From the NCBI GenBank assembly GCA_964016885.1, contig OZ024752.1, forward strand, positions 47,802,001-47,866,000: a stretch of DNA of 64,000 bases, in the 5' to 3' direction. The notes beneath the pieces were generated by a model. It did not search any database. It saw only the letters and a program-made list of their open reading frames with translations, and was not told the origin of the DNA. The position numbers and the translations under genes were made by a program. The stretch comes from Eledone cirrhosa. Taxonomy: Eukaryota. Positions 15,370-29,501 of the stretch are shown here, in pieces (position 1 is the first letter of the stretch; each line of letters starts with the position of its first letter).

Positions 15370-15837
15370 ATAGAACATTAACAGACATACATATATACAT
15401 ACAAACAGTCACACATAGTAGATTTTAAAAATTTCCTAGTTCAATACTGGAAAAAAAAAATTATAAGAAGTTATTTAGTCTTCTTGATACACTGGTTAAA
15501 CAAATTTCAGCGATTTTGTTTCAAAAGTTTCCCTTTAGTTTTACACTAATCTATTCGGCAGATGCTTCAGTTAATTTCCATGTATGTAATTCAACTGATG
15601 TGATATGAGGGGTGGGGAGTGGTGGGGTGGAGAAGGTACAATACGAAAACTATTCACATAGTCTACACAGATAATTACAACAACATCAGCAACAACAACT
15701 AGAATATTATATATATATATAATATGCACAATATATATCTATATATATATATATAATATCTCTCTATATATAATATATATATATAATATCTATATATATA
15801 TATATATAATATATATATAATATATATGTATATATGA

Positions 15838-16177
15838 AGGCACATGGCTTATTTGTTAGAGCATTAGCCTTGCAATCGAAAGGTTGTGAGTTCAATTCTC
15901 AGACCGGGTGATGTGTTGTTTCCTTGAGCAAGACACTTTATTTCACATTGCTCCAGTTTACTCAGCTGTAGAAATGAGATGATAGGGACTGGGGTCCTTA
16001 TCATTCCACTGCAAAGTGGTCGTGGAGGTGCCATGGCAAAAAAGCACCCAGCACTCACTGTAAATGAGGTTGGTGTTAGGAAGGGCATCCAGCTGTAGAA
16101 ATCAAGCCAGAATCAGTTCCCGTCCCACCCTTGTAAGCAGGGAAAAAGCGGACGTAAAATGATGATGATGATGATGA
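15838..16177 (+). mobile_element. Full-length SINE family A
   Basis: tRNA head, middle domain and tail as in other copies; between TA tracts. Confidence 0.9.
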
Positions 16178-16379
16178 TATATCTATATATATATATATAT
16201 AATAGATAGATAGAGAGAGCAAGAGAAACAAAGAATATAACAAAACCACATACAACAAAAATTGTAAAAGAACAAATAAGAAGAGAGTCAAAGTAATAAT
16301 AACCCCCCCCCAAAAAAAAAACAAAAAAACAATGATGATAATGATGATGATGATGGTAAAAATAGTAATAATTATGATA

Positions 16380-16572
16380 ATAATTGTTTCTTCTTTAGGC
16401 ACAAGGCCAGCAATTACCCAGTGCATTACTGGTACTTTATTTTATCGAGCCCCGTAAGGATGAAAGGCAAAGTTAACCTCGACGTGATTTAAACTCAGAA
16501 TGGCAAGGGCCGTAACTCTATGCGTCAAAGCATGGCGTCCGACCCTCTACCGATACTGCCAATCCACTGCCC
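16380..16572 (-). mobile_element. SINE family B
   Basis: Full head-to-tail match to other family B copies. Confidence 0.85.
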
Positions 16573-16601
16573 TTGATAATAATAATAATAATGATCATTA
16601 T

Positions 16602-16882
16602 TGAGAGCGGACGCTTGCCCTGGTGGTCAGGGTGGCCATGGTCTTTTGTGTGGTTTTTCGCCACAAGTAACCTTCGGAGGTTTCCTCCCTATTGGAGAAT
16701 TTTTTCATTGTTTAATTTTCATTTTTATTGTTTATATATGTTTCTATATCTTTTTCTTTTCTTTTCTTATATAAATAATAAAAATCTTTACACGCACAAA
16801 ACCCACATCGTACTGTCCTGTACCGTCCTGTGCCGTCTGTGATGTTTTTCTTGATGTCAGCCCTTGTGGCCAATAAAGAAAT
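16602..16882 (+). mobile_element. LINE 3' UTR fragment in an (att)n tract
   Basis: cctccctattgg ... cccttgtggccAATAAAgaaat-(catt/att)n. Confidence 0.6.
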
Positions 16883-16907
16883 CATTATTATTATATATTA
16901 TTATTCA

Positions 16908-17690
16908 AGGGCGGTGAATTGGCAGTATCGGTAGAGGGTCGGACGCCATGCTTTCCAGCATAGTTACGTCCCTTTATGATCTGAGTTCAATTCCCACCGA
17001 GGTTAACTTTGCCTTTCATCCTTACGGGGTCGATAAAATAAAGTACCAGTAATGCACTGGGATAATTGCTGGCCTTGTGCCAAAAAGTAGAAACAATTAT
17101 TATTAGTAGTAGTAATAGTAGTATATTTATTATTATTAATAGTAGTGGTAGTAATAGTAGTAATAGCAGTAGTAGCAGCAGCAGTATATTTATTATTATT
17201 ATACGAGGTTAACTTTGCCTTTCATCCTTACGGGGTCAATAAAATAAAGTACCAGTAATGTACTGGGATAATTGGCAGTATCGGTAGAAGGTCGGGTGCC
17301 ATGCTTTGCAGCATAGAGTTACGGCCCTTTATGGTCTGAGTTCAAATCCTGCCATGTTTAACTTTGCCTTTCATCCTTACGGGGTCGATAAAATAAAGTA
17401 CCAGTAATACACTGGGGTAATTGCTGGCCTTGTGCCAAAAGTAGAAACAATTATTGCCGTGTTTAGGCCGAGTTGTTAGAGCATCAGACACAATGCCTTG
17501 CAGTATTAGTTCTGGATTGTTTTATTTTGAGTTCAAATCCCACCATGGCCAACTTTGCCTTTCATCTTTATGCAATTAATAAAATAAAGTACCAGTCAAG
17601 TACTGGGGAAGGGGTGTGGGTGGGGGCTAATGTAACTGACAAACCCCTTCCTCCAAATTTATGGATTCATGCACATGTTACCAAAAGTTA
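16908..17690 (+). mobile_element. Cluster of SINE family B copies (young and old)
   Basis: Repeated gcctttcatccttacggggtcgataaaataaagtaccag domain. Confidence 0.85.
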
Positions 17691-19428
17691 TTGCTGTCAT
17701 TGGTGTCCTCGCCACCACCACCACCTCTCCTCACCATCACTACCCTCACCACCGCCACCACCACTCCTCACCACCACCACCATCACCACCACCAACACCA
17801 TCACCATCCTCACCATCTCTATCATGAAGGTGTTAGCGATGGGAGGAGCAGCAGAGATATAGCTGGTTTAAATATTTTGAAGTGTCTAGCTTAATAACTC
17901 ACATTATCCAAGTTGAAATACCACTGGTGGTGTAATATTGAACTGAATACCTATAACACACTAAGTTAATTCAATTGACTGTACCCTTTAGACTATTATT
18001 TCATCAGGAAAAAATAATTAAAAAACAAAACCACTTTGCTTTCATCTAAGCCATATTAAAATAGAAAATGAAATTGCTATTATCATTATTAATTATCAGT
18101 ACTGGGGACAATTTAATCGACTTTCCTCTTCCTAAGAAAATGCTGGCCTTGTGCTTTAACTAAAAATTAATTATCATTACAAGAACCTTCATCATCATAT
18201 CATTACTATCAATTTATTTTATTAATTTATTTAGTAATTTAGTATTAAATTTAATTTTTTTAACATTTTCCAAATGATTTCCAAACTTTTGGTCCTTCAT
18301 TTTCAAAGAAACTTTGAAGAAATATTAAAGAAAAAAAAAAATCCCCCTCTACAAAAAAAAAAATAAAATAAAATAATGATACAAATGTAATTTTGCCAAG
18401 TGAAGAAATATTTCTATTCTCTTTCATTTTTATTTTAATGTATTTATTTAATAATAATAATTATCAAAATAACTTTTTTTTTAAATTTATATTTTTTTAG
18501 TTTTGTTTAAAAAAAAAATATATACTGGGATCTCCATAAAGTGCGACAATTCTTGAAGAATGACATTTATGACAAAAGAAATTGATGATTCTGATTATGA
18601 ACTGATTTTCTGATCACCTTATAATCCTAACTCTTCACTAGTGACACCACTGGATTTCTTTTTAAAGAAAAAAGCCATATTAAGGTACTGTTAACATATC
18701 AACAACAAAAAAACTTAATAATGATAATATTAATAATAATAATAATATGCCAAATTCTTTCAAGGCAATGCTTAAAGCCCTGGATCACAAATGTAATTTA
18801 TTAAATTACTCGACAACATCAGAAAGATAGTTGTTGTCATTTTTTTCTCTTAGGGTTTTTTTTGTGTTTTGTTTTATATTCACCGAGTATTTGAAAAATT
18901 GGATTGAAAGATGTATTATGAAAAAAAAAAAAAAATTATAATAATAATAAGCAAAAGAAAACAAAACTAAACAAAACAATGATTATTCTATTCCAAAGTG
19001 AAGAACTATCAAATTTAATGTCTTCAAAACTTTGTGGATTGTGTCCTTTATGTCCATTCCATTTGCTATCTCTCCTTGTCAGGTGCGTGATGATACAATG
19101 ATGCAATAACTTTTAATTGTTCTTTTCACCAAGAAATAATAAATATTATTATATGGCTGTGTGGTTAAGAAATTTTCTCTTCTCCACCATATGTTTACAA
19201 GTTCAGTCCCATTGCATGGCGGCAACTTGTGAAAACGTAATTTTTTTTTTTTTTACTATAACCTCAAATTGACAGATGCCTTGTGAATAGAATATGGTAA
19301 ATGGAAACTATGCATAAGAAAGTTAGTTATATAATTAAATCTATCCAAATGTTTGATTATTTTCAAAATTATTTGAAAATCATATGCAGCATCTTCTATA
19401 AAAAATCTGGTAATGAAAGAGTTAAGAA

Positions 19429-19653
19429 TGGTTCCCAAACTGTAAACTTTTAATGTATTAAAATTAGCAGCCATGTATTAACTGTTGATCAATTAATGAT
19501 ATACATTGATTGACAGAAATATTATTTACGGAAATATAAAAAAATATACTGAAACTGAAGCGAAAACCAAACCAAACAGTGAGTGTGTTTTACTTATGTG
19601 CAAAAAGTTTTTTTTTTAACTAATGTGAAGTAAAAAGAGAATTTTGGGAACCA
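19429..19653. mobile_element. hAT-like MITE (degenerate)
   Basis: Terminal inverted repeat tggttcccaaa / tttgggaacca; interior similar to ~5450-5555. Confidence 0.5.
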
Positions 19654-19741
19654 CTAAACCATTCTACTATAACTACTACTACTAATGCTGCCATTATTAA
19701 ATGCGATGGAATTATACAAAACGTTCCCTCAAAGAATACCT

Positions 19742-19775
<34 letters not shown>

Positions 19776-19798
19776 GTGTGTGTATATATGAATATATA

Positions 19799-19985
19799 GA
19801 AAGTGCTCAAGCACAGAAATGGTATAAAGATAGCTTATAACATAGGGTGAAGACTAGCCGGTATCAGGAAGATATGGGGTTCAAGTCCTCATGGCGGCCA
19901 ATGGCAGCTTCTTTTTCCGTCTTTTAAGAGTCTTCACCCTATTTTATAAGCTATCTTTATAGCATTTCTGCACCTGAACACTTTC
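19799..19985. mobile_element. Fold-back element (57-bp arms) enclosing a tRNA-like 3' half
   Basis: Arms 19799-19855 and 19929-19985; spacer holds GGGGTTCAAGTCCTC-atggcggCCA followed by a T run. Confidence 0.6.
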
Positions 19986-20063
19986 GTTATACTTATATAT
20001 ATACACATAATCTCAGCACTTCAAAAGCCAAAAATTCAGCTTCATACATTGTTATATATATAT

Positions 20064-20223
20064 ATAGGAACAAGTAAGACCCCGACGGCTGAGCTCAAGC
20101 CGTTTCGATGGCTAAATTCAGCCGTCGGGGTCTTACTTGTTCCTATTACCCACTCTACTACCCTAAGTATTGAGTACTTTGGTGCGTTATGGTCCACTTG
20201 GTTCCTTACCACATTTCCTTCGT

Positions 20224-20226
<3 letters not shown>
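20064..20226. mobile_element. Fold-back repeat carrying the 3' half of a hammerhead; same family as ~33990-34125
   Basis: 29-bp arms 20064-20092 and 20118-20146; minus strand GAAACGGC..GCCGUC GGGGUC. Confidence 0.6.
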
Positions 20227-20254
<28 letters not shown>

Positions 20255-20311
20255 TTTTTTTTTTATCCTTCCTCTTCTCACTTTCTATTTCATCCTTTAT
20301 TTCTCATTCTA

Positions 20312-20347
20312 TCTTTTGATGAAGGACTAGTGTCCAAAACGTAAAGA
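20312..20347 (+). ncRNA. Decayed minimal hammerhead motif (Penelope type)
   Basis: UCUU [U]UGAUGA A GGAC uagu GUCC [A]AAAC GUA AAGA; two core substitutions. Confidence 0.55.
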
Positions 20348-20773
20348 CTTTTTCCTACTATATCAAGCATTAAACTCACATATTTCTTCATTGCACTGTG
20401 TTGTTTGCTTGGTTCTTTTCCTTTACTTTCTGCATAAATAAATGCACACACACACACACACATATATATATACACACATATACATTCATAAACATATATA
20501 CAGATACAGACACACAAACATACATTTATCATCGCTATTTAATGTCTATTTTCCATGCTTAGAAATACACACACATACACACAAGCACACAAGCACACAC
20601 ACACAAACACTCACATACAGACACACATACATAGTCTTCTGAAATTGTCTCAGATGATAACACCCATAATTAGAGCCCAATGGCTCTTGTGATTACATAA
20701 TGTACCCAGATTTCTATTAAAGACTCCATTAACCGAAAGTGTTTTACGAAAAAGGCTTGCTGATATAATGACC

Positions 20774-20805
<32 letters not shown>

Positions 20806-20976
20806 AAGGATAATGACGATGATGATGATAATGATGATGATGGTGATGACAATGACAAGGTTGATGATAATGATGCCACTAACATGGTATTGACTATTGT
20901 ATGTTTGTTTTCTGTTTTGCTTTGCCTTTTTTTTTTGTTTTGTTTTTATTTTGCTTTGTTTTATGGCGTTGGAGCT

Positions 20977-21392
20977 GGCAGTGGTTGTGAGATGGCAGTG
21001 GTTGTGAGATGGCAGTGGTTGTGAGATGGCAGTGGTTGTGAGATGGCAGTGGTTGTGATATGGCTGTGGTTGTGAGATGGTTGTGGTTGTAAGATGGCAG
21101 TGGTTGTGAGATGGCAGTGGCAGTGGTTGTGAGATGGCTGTGGTTGTGAGATGGCAGTGGTTGTGAGATGGCAGTGGTTGTGAGATGGCAGTGGTTGTGA
21201 GATGGCAGTGGTTGTGAGATGGCAGTGGTTGTGATATGGCTGTGGTTGTGAGATGGCAGTGGTTGTGAGATGGCAGTGGTTGTGAGATGGTTGTGGTTGT
21301 AAGATGGCAGTGGTTGTGAGATGGCAGTGGCAGTGGTTGTGAGATGGCTGTGGTTGTGAGATGGCAGTGGTTGTGAGATGGCAGTGGTTGTG
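20977..21392. repeat. 17-bp minisatellite (ggcagtggttgtgagat)n
   Basis: About 24 tandem units; source of the [15 protein letters not shown] ORFs. Confidence 0.95.
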
Positions 21393-21828
21393 ACTGGTTG
21401 TGTTGGTGAGATAACTGTGATGATGAAATGGCTTTGATAGTGAAATGGTGGTAATGGTAATGGTAGTATTGGTGGTGGTGGTATGGTGGTGGTGGTGGCG
21501 GTGGTGGTGGTGGTGGTGGCGGCGGTGGAGGTGGTGTGACAGTTGTGATCTTGTGGTGGAGCCATTCGATTTTAATGAGTCTGGTAGCTGGCCTCTGTGC
21601 AAGCCCACAGCTGTGCCAGTGGCTACAATCATTGTCAGTGCTTTTTGTGGGTTTGTTTTTGTTTTATTGTATTTCTTGAGATAAAAATAAAACAAACAAA
21701 AAAACAAACAAACAAACAAACAAAACAAACTCTGATGATGAAATAAGATGAGACAAATGAAAGAAATAGAGATCGTGAGGGCAAGGGAGGGGGGAGGGGA
21801 GGAGATAATGTGTATGTTGGTTGGCAAT

Positions 21829-22571
<743 letters not shown>

Positions 22572-23089
22572 TTAGACATTACTGCCTTCATGTTTTTCAG
22601 TCATGCAGTGATTTAGTCCCCCCAAAAATAGCCACAGAACACCCTCCCTTACTAAATACAATATCATTATAAACATCATCATCATCATTAGTAGTAGTAG
22701 TAGTAGTAGTAGTAGTAGAAGTAGTAGTAGTAGTTGTAGAAGTAGTAGTAGTAGAAGTAGTAGTAGTACTAGTAGTAGAAGTAGTAGTAGTAGTAGCAGC
22801 AGCAGCTGCCACAAACATACAAACAGCAACAACAAAGTTATGAAATAGGGTGTCATCATATATTTTGAAGGTCTCAGTGTAAAAAAAATAAAAAAATCTA
22901 AATTCGAACCCATTTCATAGAATGGTTCCATTGATGGGATGTTGAGTGGCTTAGTGGTTAGGGGGTTGGACTCATGATGATAAAGTTGTGGGTTCAATAC
23001 CTGGTTTTAAATGATTTGGAATGACGAAAAAAAAAAAAAACCCCAAAAATTGCACTAATCATGAAATAAAATAACGAAGAGGTTAAGAA

Positions 23090-23315
23090 TGGTTTCTGAT
23101 TTAGGCACAAGGCCAGCAATTTTGTGGGCGGGAGGGGGGGAAAATCAATTAAATCAACCCCACTGCATGACTGGTACTTTATTTTATCGAACCCCTAAGG
23201 ATGAAAGGCAAAGCTAACCTCGGTGGGATTTGAACTCAGAACGTAAAGGGACGTAACTCTATGCCACGAAACATGCTCTCCGACACTTTACCGATTCTGT
23301 CAATCTACCACCCTA
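23090..23315 (-). mobile_element. SINE family B, longer and older variant
   Basis: Same core domain with an extra segment before the tail. Confidence 0.8.
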
Positions 23316-23474
23316 ATGAAGAGGTTAAGAGTAATCATGTTTAACATAGACACATTGCCAGAAATTTGTAGGAGAGAATAATTGATTATATCCAATACTT
23401 GATTGGTTTTTATAGCCTGTCTCACACCGAGAAGTTAATCAAACCAGAGATTATTTATCCTGGTTTCATTGGTG

Positions 23475-23904
23475 TTAACACTTTAGTATTTACATTACTT
23501 TAGTATTTACATATACTATTGTATTTTCATGGTAAAGGCTTTATCTCACACAATATCTCATATAACATTTACATTACTCTATATATACTATTGTATTTTC
23601 ACAGTAAAGGCTTTACCTCACATAATATCTCACATAACATTTACATTACTCTATATATACTATTGTATTTTCATGGTAAAGGCTTTATCTCACACAATAT
23701 CTCGCATAACATTTACATTACTCTATATATACTATTGTATTTTCATGGTAAAGGCTTTACCTCACATAATATCGAATCTATGAGATTTTGATGTCATTTA
23801 TTTTGTGAACAATACTTTAATGTCGATATGAGTGACCAGTTATGGCCAGTTTGAACAGAAAGTATTCTAGCCAGATACAGCCAGTTTAAATACTAAAGGG
23901 TTAA
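23475..23904. mobile_element. piggyBac-like MITE with an internal ~72-bp tandem expansion
   Basis: TTAA-cactttagtattt ... aaatactaaaggg-TTAA; related copies at 24006 and 44615. Confidence 0.7.
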
Positions 23905-24005
23905 AATGATGTTACTAAAGACTACAAGATATGTTGTCTGATGTTTAACTAATTCTACCATTCCATATTTCTAATATCTGTGAAAGGCCACAAATTTTCA
24001 ATTCA

Positions 24006-24413
24006 TTAACCCATTAGTATTTACATTACTCTATATTTATTATTATATTTTCATGGTAAAGGCTTTATCTCACATAATATCGAATCTATGAGATTTTGAT
24101 ATTATTTATTTTAAGGGCGGTGGATTGGCAGTATCGGTAGAGGGTCGGACGCCATACTTTGACGCATTGAGTTACGGCCCTTGCCATTCTGAGTTCAAAT
24201 CCCGCGGAGGTTAACTTTGCCTTTCATCCTTACGGGGTCGATAAAATAAAGTACACTGGGTAATTGCTGGCCTTGTGCCTAAAGTAGAAACAATTATTTA
24301 TTTTGAGAACAATACCTTAACATCAGTATGAGTGGACAGTTACGGCTAGTTTGAACAGAAAGAGGTGAGAGAATTATGGCCGGATACAGCTAGTTTAAAT
24401 ACCAAAGGGTTAA
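24006..24413. mobile_element. piggyBac-like MITE interrupted by SINE family B (24115-24295)
   Basis: TTAA-ccc ... ggg-TTAA termini; SINE flanked by attatttatttt at 24101-24112 and 24293-24304. Confidence 0.75.
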
Positions 24414-25382
24414 GTGATTGAGAATACATGATTGCACACAAGACAGGAGGTTAGCTGCTATAGGGGTAACCCCCAGTTACTACCGATACTATTTTTTTCA
24501 GCTGGATGAACTGGAGCAATGTAAAATGAAGTGTCTTGTTCAAGGAGACAACATATGACTTGATTTGGGAATCAACCCCATGACATTACTATGAGACTAC
24601 ATGCCATCTCTGGTACCTTGACAAATATTTCATTTTATCAGCCTTGCAAGGATAAAAGGTAAAGTTGATCTTGGCATCATTTGATCTCAGAATGTAAAGA
24701 ACTGAGACAAATACGACAAACCACTTTGTCTGCTCTAATGATTCCCCTAATCCAACAAAACAACAATAATTCCTAACTCATCTTCAGAAACTTCTGGTAT
24801 TTGTTAACGAGATTAGTTCTAATTAGTCGTTAGTTCAAGCGATGTGATAAATATTTAACTCAATAAATGAAATTTACACTAAGTATTTGATCTGAAAGTC
24901 AAATAAATATACAAATAATGAGATTGAAGACTCCAGGTGCATCTAGTTAGATAAACTTTAACAACTAGATGAGTAATGTTGCAGAACATTATTATAGAGA
25001 TAGCACACTAAACTTTACTAACTTAAACATGATCAAATAAACCAGAGCTCAGTGGTTAAAATAACAGCAGTAAAAAACAACAATATCTATCCATCATAGA
25101 TGACATTAGATGGTGAATAGTTTTACTTCTATAAAAAAAAAAAAATCATGCAAATTAATTTACTAACGTTTTCCCAAAATGCCATAAGTTTAAACTAATT
25201 TGATTATATGAACTCATTTGAACTGATTTTCACTAAGACACACCATCACTCTAGTGTTTTTATCTCACGTGATTGAGCCTCAGTTTGAGAAGTTGGCAAC
25301 AGGTGAGCTACAACTCCAAAATAACCCACTGAAATGTTCTTTGTGGGCCACAGACCATTTCAAATTTTTATATGTAAGATAT

Positions 25383-25560
25383 TTCTTCTTCTTTAGTTTC
25401 TTTTGCTCTCCATAGAGCATTTGGTCATGAGGAATCTCCATTCCACATGGTTGCAAGCTTTGTCCCAAGCCTGCTCTGAGGCATTGTCCTATTTGCCAGG
25501 TTTTCCTCCACAAACCTCAACCAGGTTTTGACAGGTCTGCCCTGTTTCCTATGCCCTCCT
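25383..25560 (-). mobile_element. Decayed RTE-like LINE 3' end
   Basis: Minus strand translates GHRKQGRPVKTWLRFVEENL, ending in (aag)n. Confidence 0.5.
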
Positions 25561-26071
25561 TCTGACTTTTATTTGAATGATATAATATACATGTGGACCA
25601 TGGGCAAGCCTAAAATGAAATCAAAAATGGTTCATAACAAAAAGTAGCTGTTAATTCCTGATTGTAAAGTATTTGGTGTTAGGAGGGGTTTCCAGCTGTA
25701 GAAGAATTGCCAAACAAAGGGTTGGTAGGACCCTTCAGTTGTGTCAAAGATATGACAATCTCCTTTAGTGTTGGTCAATGCATCCAGTATGTGTTGTAAA
25801 ATGGTTGGTGATAGGAAGGGCATCCATCCATAGAAAGCTTGCCACAGAAAAGGATGTGTCAAAGACATGACAACCTCTTAGTGCTGGTGCCATAATAAAA
25901 TGCACTCGGTAGATAGTGGAACAGTATGTAAGTGAGATGTGAACCCCCTGCCCTATCTGGGGGGTCAGTAGCCCTGTATCAGTACTGACTCTGTCTGTCA
26001 AGACACATCAAACTCTTGCAAGCAGGGAAAGTAGGCATTAATTGATGAATACATACATACATACATACATA

Positions 26072-26545
<474 letters not shown>

Positions 26546-27759
26546 TGATACATACATATATAAGTATGCATGTTCATTTATGTACACACTGTATGTTATG
26601 AAGACTGAATCAAATTGTATAAAAAAAAAGAAAGAAAGAGGGTGATCTGGTAATACCTTGAAGGAATATATATGTGTATAAATATAAATATAAATATATA
26701 TATATATATGTGTGCATATGTATGTCTCTCTCTATATATGTGTGTGTGTATGTATATATATGTAAATATATATGTATGTGTAATGAAAAATATGATGGGG
26801 ATGATGAAGAAATGGATAAGTTAGTGGAAAGGTAGGAAATTAGATAAGGAAAACACACACTGACAAAGCAGCATATGTATTTGACAGACAAAACAAAGAG
26901 ATGTACAGAAGCAAGGAAGTAAACAACCTTTTTCCCTACATTCTCTCTCTCTCTCTCTCGAGGTGTTGGAGAAGGACGAGAAGCATGCATGTATATCGGT
27001 GGTGTTGATGGCGTGGAGGAGTGGAGAGTTAAGAGCAACTGAGAAGAAGAAAAAAAAATAAAATAAACCACTTATAGACATACACAAACAACTATTAACC
27101 AAAAAAAAAACCAAAAAAAAAAACCCTCTGGTTTAATACAAGCAACATTGGAAGGAAAGAAGGGGTGATGGAGACGAAAAATAAGAAAGGAAAATAGATA
27201 AAAGACAATGAAGAAAGTGAGAAGTAATAACAAATAAATAAATAAAATATTTTTTTTTAAATGATAACAAATGGTACGTAAAAGTAGATGTAAAAAAAAC
27301 CACATTGCAGATAAATAAAAAAAAAAAGAATAATGTAATAAAAAATAACAATAAAAAGGGGAAAGAAAAAAATATATATAAAAAGAGTATTATTTCCTTC
27401 AGCTATTTACAGTATGAATAACAAACTTCTTTTTGCTGATCAATATATGCCGTATAGCAACTTAATCAAGTTGAAATAAAGTACAATAAATGAAGAATAT
27501 TCTTTAAGGTTCAAACTTCACCATTTTTCTTCCTCTCTACCTCTCTCTCTCTTTCTCTCTTTCTTTTATAGACTTTCCTTATATATTTTGTATATATTTA
27601 TTGTTCTATATATATATATAAAGAATAATAAATATATATATATATATATATTACCAAAGGAAATTGTTATTCATTTTCGCAATGTTACCATATTTTTGGA
27701 GCAACACTTACATATACAAACATAATTAAATATGGATGGTGGTGTGTTGGATGGAAGGT

Positions 27760-27868
27760 GTATATATATATATATATATATATACAAAGATATATACACA
27801 CTTACATATATATATACCAAACATATATACACACATATATATATATATATACCAAACATATATACACA

Positions 27869-27908
<40 letters not shown>

Positions 27909-28187
27909 TATATACCAAACATATATACACAATTATATATATATATATTCCAAACATATATACACAATTATATATATATATATATATACCAAACATATAT
28001 ACACACATATATATATATATATACCAAACATATATACACAATTATATATATATATATTCCAAACATATATACACAATTATATATATATATATATATATAC
28101 CAAACATATATACACACATATATATATATATATACCAAACATATATACACAATTATATATATATATATATTCCAAACATATATACAC

Positions 28188-28218
<31 letters not shown>

Positions 28219-28380
28219 CCAAACATATATACACACATATATATATACCAAACATATATACACACTTATATAAACATATATATATATATATATATATACC
28301 AAACATATATACACACTTATATATATATATATATATACCAAACATATATACACACTTATATAAACATATATATATATACT
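27760..28380. repeat. Minisatellite: ccaaacatatatacac + (ta)n
   Basis: Tandem units visible. Confidence 0.9.
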
Positions 28381-28499
28381 TTTATATATAAATGTATAAT
28401 GTTGATGTTTTCAAGATAAACATGATATAACAACATATACACAATACCTACTATATAAGTTTCAATATCCTTATATATTTCCTATGTGTGTATTCTTTA

Positions 28500-28540
<41 letters not shown>

Positions 28541-28808
28541 ATTTTGGGGGAATGTATGTGTATATGCGTGTGTTAAATTGGGGAGAATGTATGTGTATAT
28601 GTGTGTGTTAAATTGGAGAGAATGTATGTGTATATATGTGTGTGTTAAATTATAGATATATATGTATTTACTTTGATTTACAAAATATGTTTTCCTTTCT
28701 TTTATTTGTATTTATATAAGGCATTGCTGCAGCATGGCCACAGTTCAATGACTGAAACCAGTGAAAGGATTAAAAAAAAAAAAAAAAAAATATGTATGTA
28801 TATATATA

Positions 28809-28849
<41 letters not shown>

Positions 28850-29113
28850 AATTTCATAGATTCTCAGTAGATTGACCAATATTATTAGGGAAAACATTTC
28901 TTTTTCCTTTTCCCAAAGTATAGCACTTGCATGTGTGTGTGTATGTATATATATATGTATGTATATATGTGTGTGTGTCTACGTATGTATATATGTATAT
29001 ATATATTTTCAAAAGAGGGGCACACAGGACAAAGGCAATGGAGAAAAAAGCAATGGAAAGACAGAGAGTCCCATCTCTTCAGACAACCACAGGAAATCAC
29101 TAAGGTTTTGGAG

Positions 29114-29470
29114 CACATACATACACACGCACACATTTATATATACACACACACACACACACACATATATACATATATACACACACACACATATATATAT
29201 ATATACATATATACGCACACACACACACATATATATATATACATATATACACACACACACATTTATATACACATACACACACACACATATATACATACAC
29301 ACACACATATATATATATACATATACACACACATATATATACATATATATACACACACACACACACATATATATACATATACACACACACATATATATAC
29401 ATATACACACACACACACATATATACATATATACATACACACACACACACACATATATATATACATAAAT

Positions 29471-29501
<31 letters not shown>

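Noticed and set aside
15838-15910. tRNA gene calls for the SINE heads
   Set aside because: A and B boxes are present, but the heads run directly into SINE bodies and do not form a clean cloverleaf
20894-21684. His/Thr/Pro-rich ORFs
   Set aside because: Derived from a 17-bp minisatellite and (GGT)n; the short unique part (21540-21650) has no recognisable homology or splice signals
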